The notes under the pieces: generated by a model
Seen by the model: only the letters and a program-made list of their open reading frames with translations
What the model was told of the DNA's origin: nothing
Database searches by the model: none
IMG/VR virus record: IMGVR_UViG_3300005916_000016
Span: 1-25,277 of that record
DNA length: 25,277 bases
Origin: a virus
Lineage: Duplodnaviria; Caudoviricetes
Reading direction: 5' to 3' (one strand)
In this document: positions 22,923 to 25,277 of the stretch, piece by piece
How positions within the stretch are numbered: position 1 is the first letter of the stretch
How the letters are laid out: every line of letters starts with the position of its first letter
Made by a program: the position numbers and the translations under genes

Positions 22923-25277
22923 ATGGATGTACAGGTAGGGTTTGGTTTAGCAAGACCTTCGCATCATATGTCTCTGTCTGATGGCGAGACAACGATAGGA
23001 TTAAATCTGTGTAAGAGAGACGGAAACATAGATGCCAATGCTCTAAAACGAAACCCCGTGAACAGAACAGCTTTGAAAACTTCACAGGGTAGTTTGACGT
23101 ACTCTGACCTTGAAGAGCCTTGGTTCTCCATTGCTCAGAGCTCGTGGGCTAACGGCAGGGGCGAAGATGACCTTGATACAGATAGAGAAAGCTTCTTTGA
23201 TAATTTTAGGACGATAAACCTTGGAGATAAGTTTGTTCTTGGTGCTTTAGAGAGAATGCATTCTGGGATAAGAAAAGGGGACATACATCAGAATGAGGAT
23301 ACTGGGTTATCCTGGGTCGGGCTTCACGGAGGGAACGCGTATACGGCAGTGAAGTTTACGGCTGCTGAGAACTACGACGCTGTAAATATTTATCTCGAAA
23401 TAAAAAGGAGAGGAACTCCAGAGGGTGACCTATACGTGGGTCTGTTCAACGATAACGCTGGTGTGCCTGGAACGGAAATAGACTCAACCTCATTTGATAC
23501 GGACGACATTGACGATATTCTAGCAATCAAGTTAAGGGCAACGATAACCTCATCATCTCTTACTGCCACTACAGATTACTGGGTGAAGGTGTGGGCGGCA
23601 GACGGTGATGGTAATAATTGTTGGCTGGTTGGGATGGATAATAGTTATTCTGGCTCTACGACATATAGGTCGGAAAGCGAAAGCTCGTGGACTGTACTGA
23701 CAGACCAGATGTATTATTATGTAGCCGAGGTTATAACACAATATAGTCCGATATTCTTCAAGTATAGAAGAGCTGACTATGTGATTCTATCAAGTTCGTC
23801 TGGAGCTCCTGCTATTTATATAAACGGTGACAGGGGATTTGCCGACGCGAACACAGGCGCACTCTCGACATTAGTGGATGGGACAAAATCATGGGAAACA
23901 GACCAATTCGCAGGGGCAGTCGTCACTATTATATCTGGTCTTGGTATGAACGAGCCCCAAAGGTGGCGCACAATAGACTCAAACACAGGTACTGCGCTAA
24001 CTTTATCGGAAGCTTGGACAATAACACACGATACGACAACAGAGTACGTGATATTAGGCGCAGACACGTGGGAGGTAGTAGCTGGACATGGAATAACAGA
24101 CCCAATTAACAATGTTCTCGTCCACAACAACATAATGTATTTCGCAGTAGGCGATGCTGATAATATAAGGAGGGGGAAATACGACTCAGGTGGATACGCG
24201 TGGGCTGATGACGGAACTAATAAAGCAGACTATCTATGTGCTGTCTTCAACGGGACTGATGGATACTCAGTATGGAGAGGTGTGAATGGAAGCGTTCCGT
24301 ATGTTGACGAGTCAGACTCGAAGGCTTGGGGAACTGACCTCGTATTCGGTACAAACACCGAATTCAAAGATAATTACGGGCAGATAACAAATTTAGAGGA
24401 GTACGGTACAGAAAACACACTATGGGTTATGAGAGAGGGAATTGCTTTCTACTTAGATGACGATGTTCCTATAAAAATTCCTCTTGAAGAGATGGCTACT
24501 ATGATGGATGATAATAACGGCTCTGCTACTCTAATCCACAATGTGTTCTTATTCTTTACTCTTGGCAGTGGTATTGAGAGATACTACGAATCCTCTCTTG
24601 ATGATATTGGTATGAACAGAAACGAGGGTCTGCCAGCTAACAGGCAGGGCTTAGTTTCCTCAATGTTGGGTAGACCTGGAGAATTCTATGCTTCGGTTGA
24701 TGGAGGGAGCTCTAATTACAGCTCTATAATGGCTTGTGATGGCGGCGAGTCTTGGTACGAGGTGTTTAGGGGATACACGGAGGGCGAGCGCATATTAGAT
24801 ATGCACTTCCAAACAGTACCTGGCTCTGCCCCAGACAGGATGATGGCGTATGTGGGAGGAGACATACTAACCCTATGCTTCCCATCGGCTACAGTAGACC
24901 CGACCAAAGATTCGAGTCACATGTATACGCACGAGGGCGCTATTGAAAGCGGTTATGTGTACGCGAACTTGTTTGATGTTTACAAAATCTATAACTCTTT
25001 GAAGTTGTTCGCCGAGAACCTCGTAGAGGACGAGCAAGTAATAGAGTTTGATTATAAAATAGACGACGAAACAACGTGGACTACCCTGGATGAGAATACA
25101 TTCTACGAATCACCTTCTCAGGAATTGCTGTTTGGCGATATGTTTAGTGTTTCCGCGAAGAGACTTAGATACAGATTGAGATTGATGACGGAAGATTCTT
25201 ACATTACCCCTGCCGTGAAGGCAGCTGTTATTGAAGCCATAGCGAGAGTTGACGTGAAGTACAACTACACGACTAAC
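22923..25277 (+). CDS. Tail nozzle / stabilisation protein (P22 gp10 / T7 gp12-like), truncated by window end
   Basis: Missing from the track because it has no stop in the window; RBS GAGGAG then ATG 22923 (MDVQVGFGLARPSHH...AQSSWANGRG...); the last codons in the same frame read EAIARVDVKYNYTTN; beta-rich. Confidence 0.75.
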   Translation, partial: MDVQVGFGLARPSHHMSLSDGETTIGLNLCKRDGNIDANALKRNPVNRTALKTSQGSLTYSDLEEPWFSIAQSSWANGRGEDDLDTDRESFFDNFRTINLGDKFVLGALERMHSGIRKGDIHQNEDTGLSWVGLHGGNAYTAVKFTAAENYDAVNIYLEIKRRGTPEGDLYVGLFNDNAGVPGTEIDSTSFDTDDIDDILAIKLRATITSSSLTATTDYWVKVWAADGDGNNCWLVGMDNSYSGSTTYRSESESSWTVLTDQMYYYVAEVITQYSPIFFKYRRADYVILSSSSGAPAIYINGDRGFADANTGALSTLVDGTKSWETDQFAGAVVTIISGLGMNEPQRWRTIDSNTGTALTLSEAWTITHDTTTEYVILGADTWEVVAGHGITDPINNVLVHNNIMYFAVGDADNIRRGKYDSGGYAWADDGTNKADYLCAVFNGTDGYSVWRGVNGSVPYVDESDSKAWGTDLVFGTNTEFKDNYGQITNLEEYGTENTLWVMREGIAFYLDDDVPIKIPLEEMATMMDDNNGSATLIHNVFLFFTLGSGIERYYESSLDDIGMNRNEGLPANRQGLVSSMLGRPGEFYASVDGGSSNYSSIMACDGGESWYEVFRGYTEGERILDMHFQTVPGSAPDRMMAYVGGDILTLCFPSATVDPTKDSSHMYTHEGAIESGYVYANLFDVYKIYNSLKLFAENLVEDEQVIEFDYKIDDETTWTTLDENTFYESPSQELLFGDMFSVSAKRLRYRLRLMTEDSYITPAVKAAVIEAIARVDVKYNYTTN

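Noticed and set aside
5049-24907. Minus-strand and alternate-frame ORFs inside the virion module
   Set aside because: They lie antisense to or nested within long, motif-supported genes.

Overview
This window looks like part of a tailed dsDNA phage or prophage of podovirus-type architecture, with two divergent halves. The right half (+ strand, ~4.9-25.3 kb) is a virion module: membrane protein, small and large terminase, portal, putative ejection proteins including a 2393-aa giant, scaffold, HK97-fold major capsid and cement protein of BPP-1 type, tail/adaptor proteins, and a nozzle-like ORF running off the end. The left half (- strand, ~0.2-3.4 kb) is a cassette of short early-type genes with a stereotyped GAAAGGAG RBS, led by a DarG-like macrodomain and a DUF4326-like protein. 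The standout signal is non-coding. A ~740-nt imperfect rod-like fold-back (3437-4178) with a twin-hairpin apex sits at the divergence point, followed by a second structured domain. Further fold-back modules lie in the spacers between the leftward genes. Their wobble pairs are G-T on the + strand, which is the template strand of those genes, not the mRNA strand. This suggests a folded single-stranded DNA leading region (Frpo-like) or a large antisense/structural RNA. All protein assignments come from motif recognition and gene context; no database search or folding program was run.
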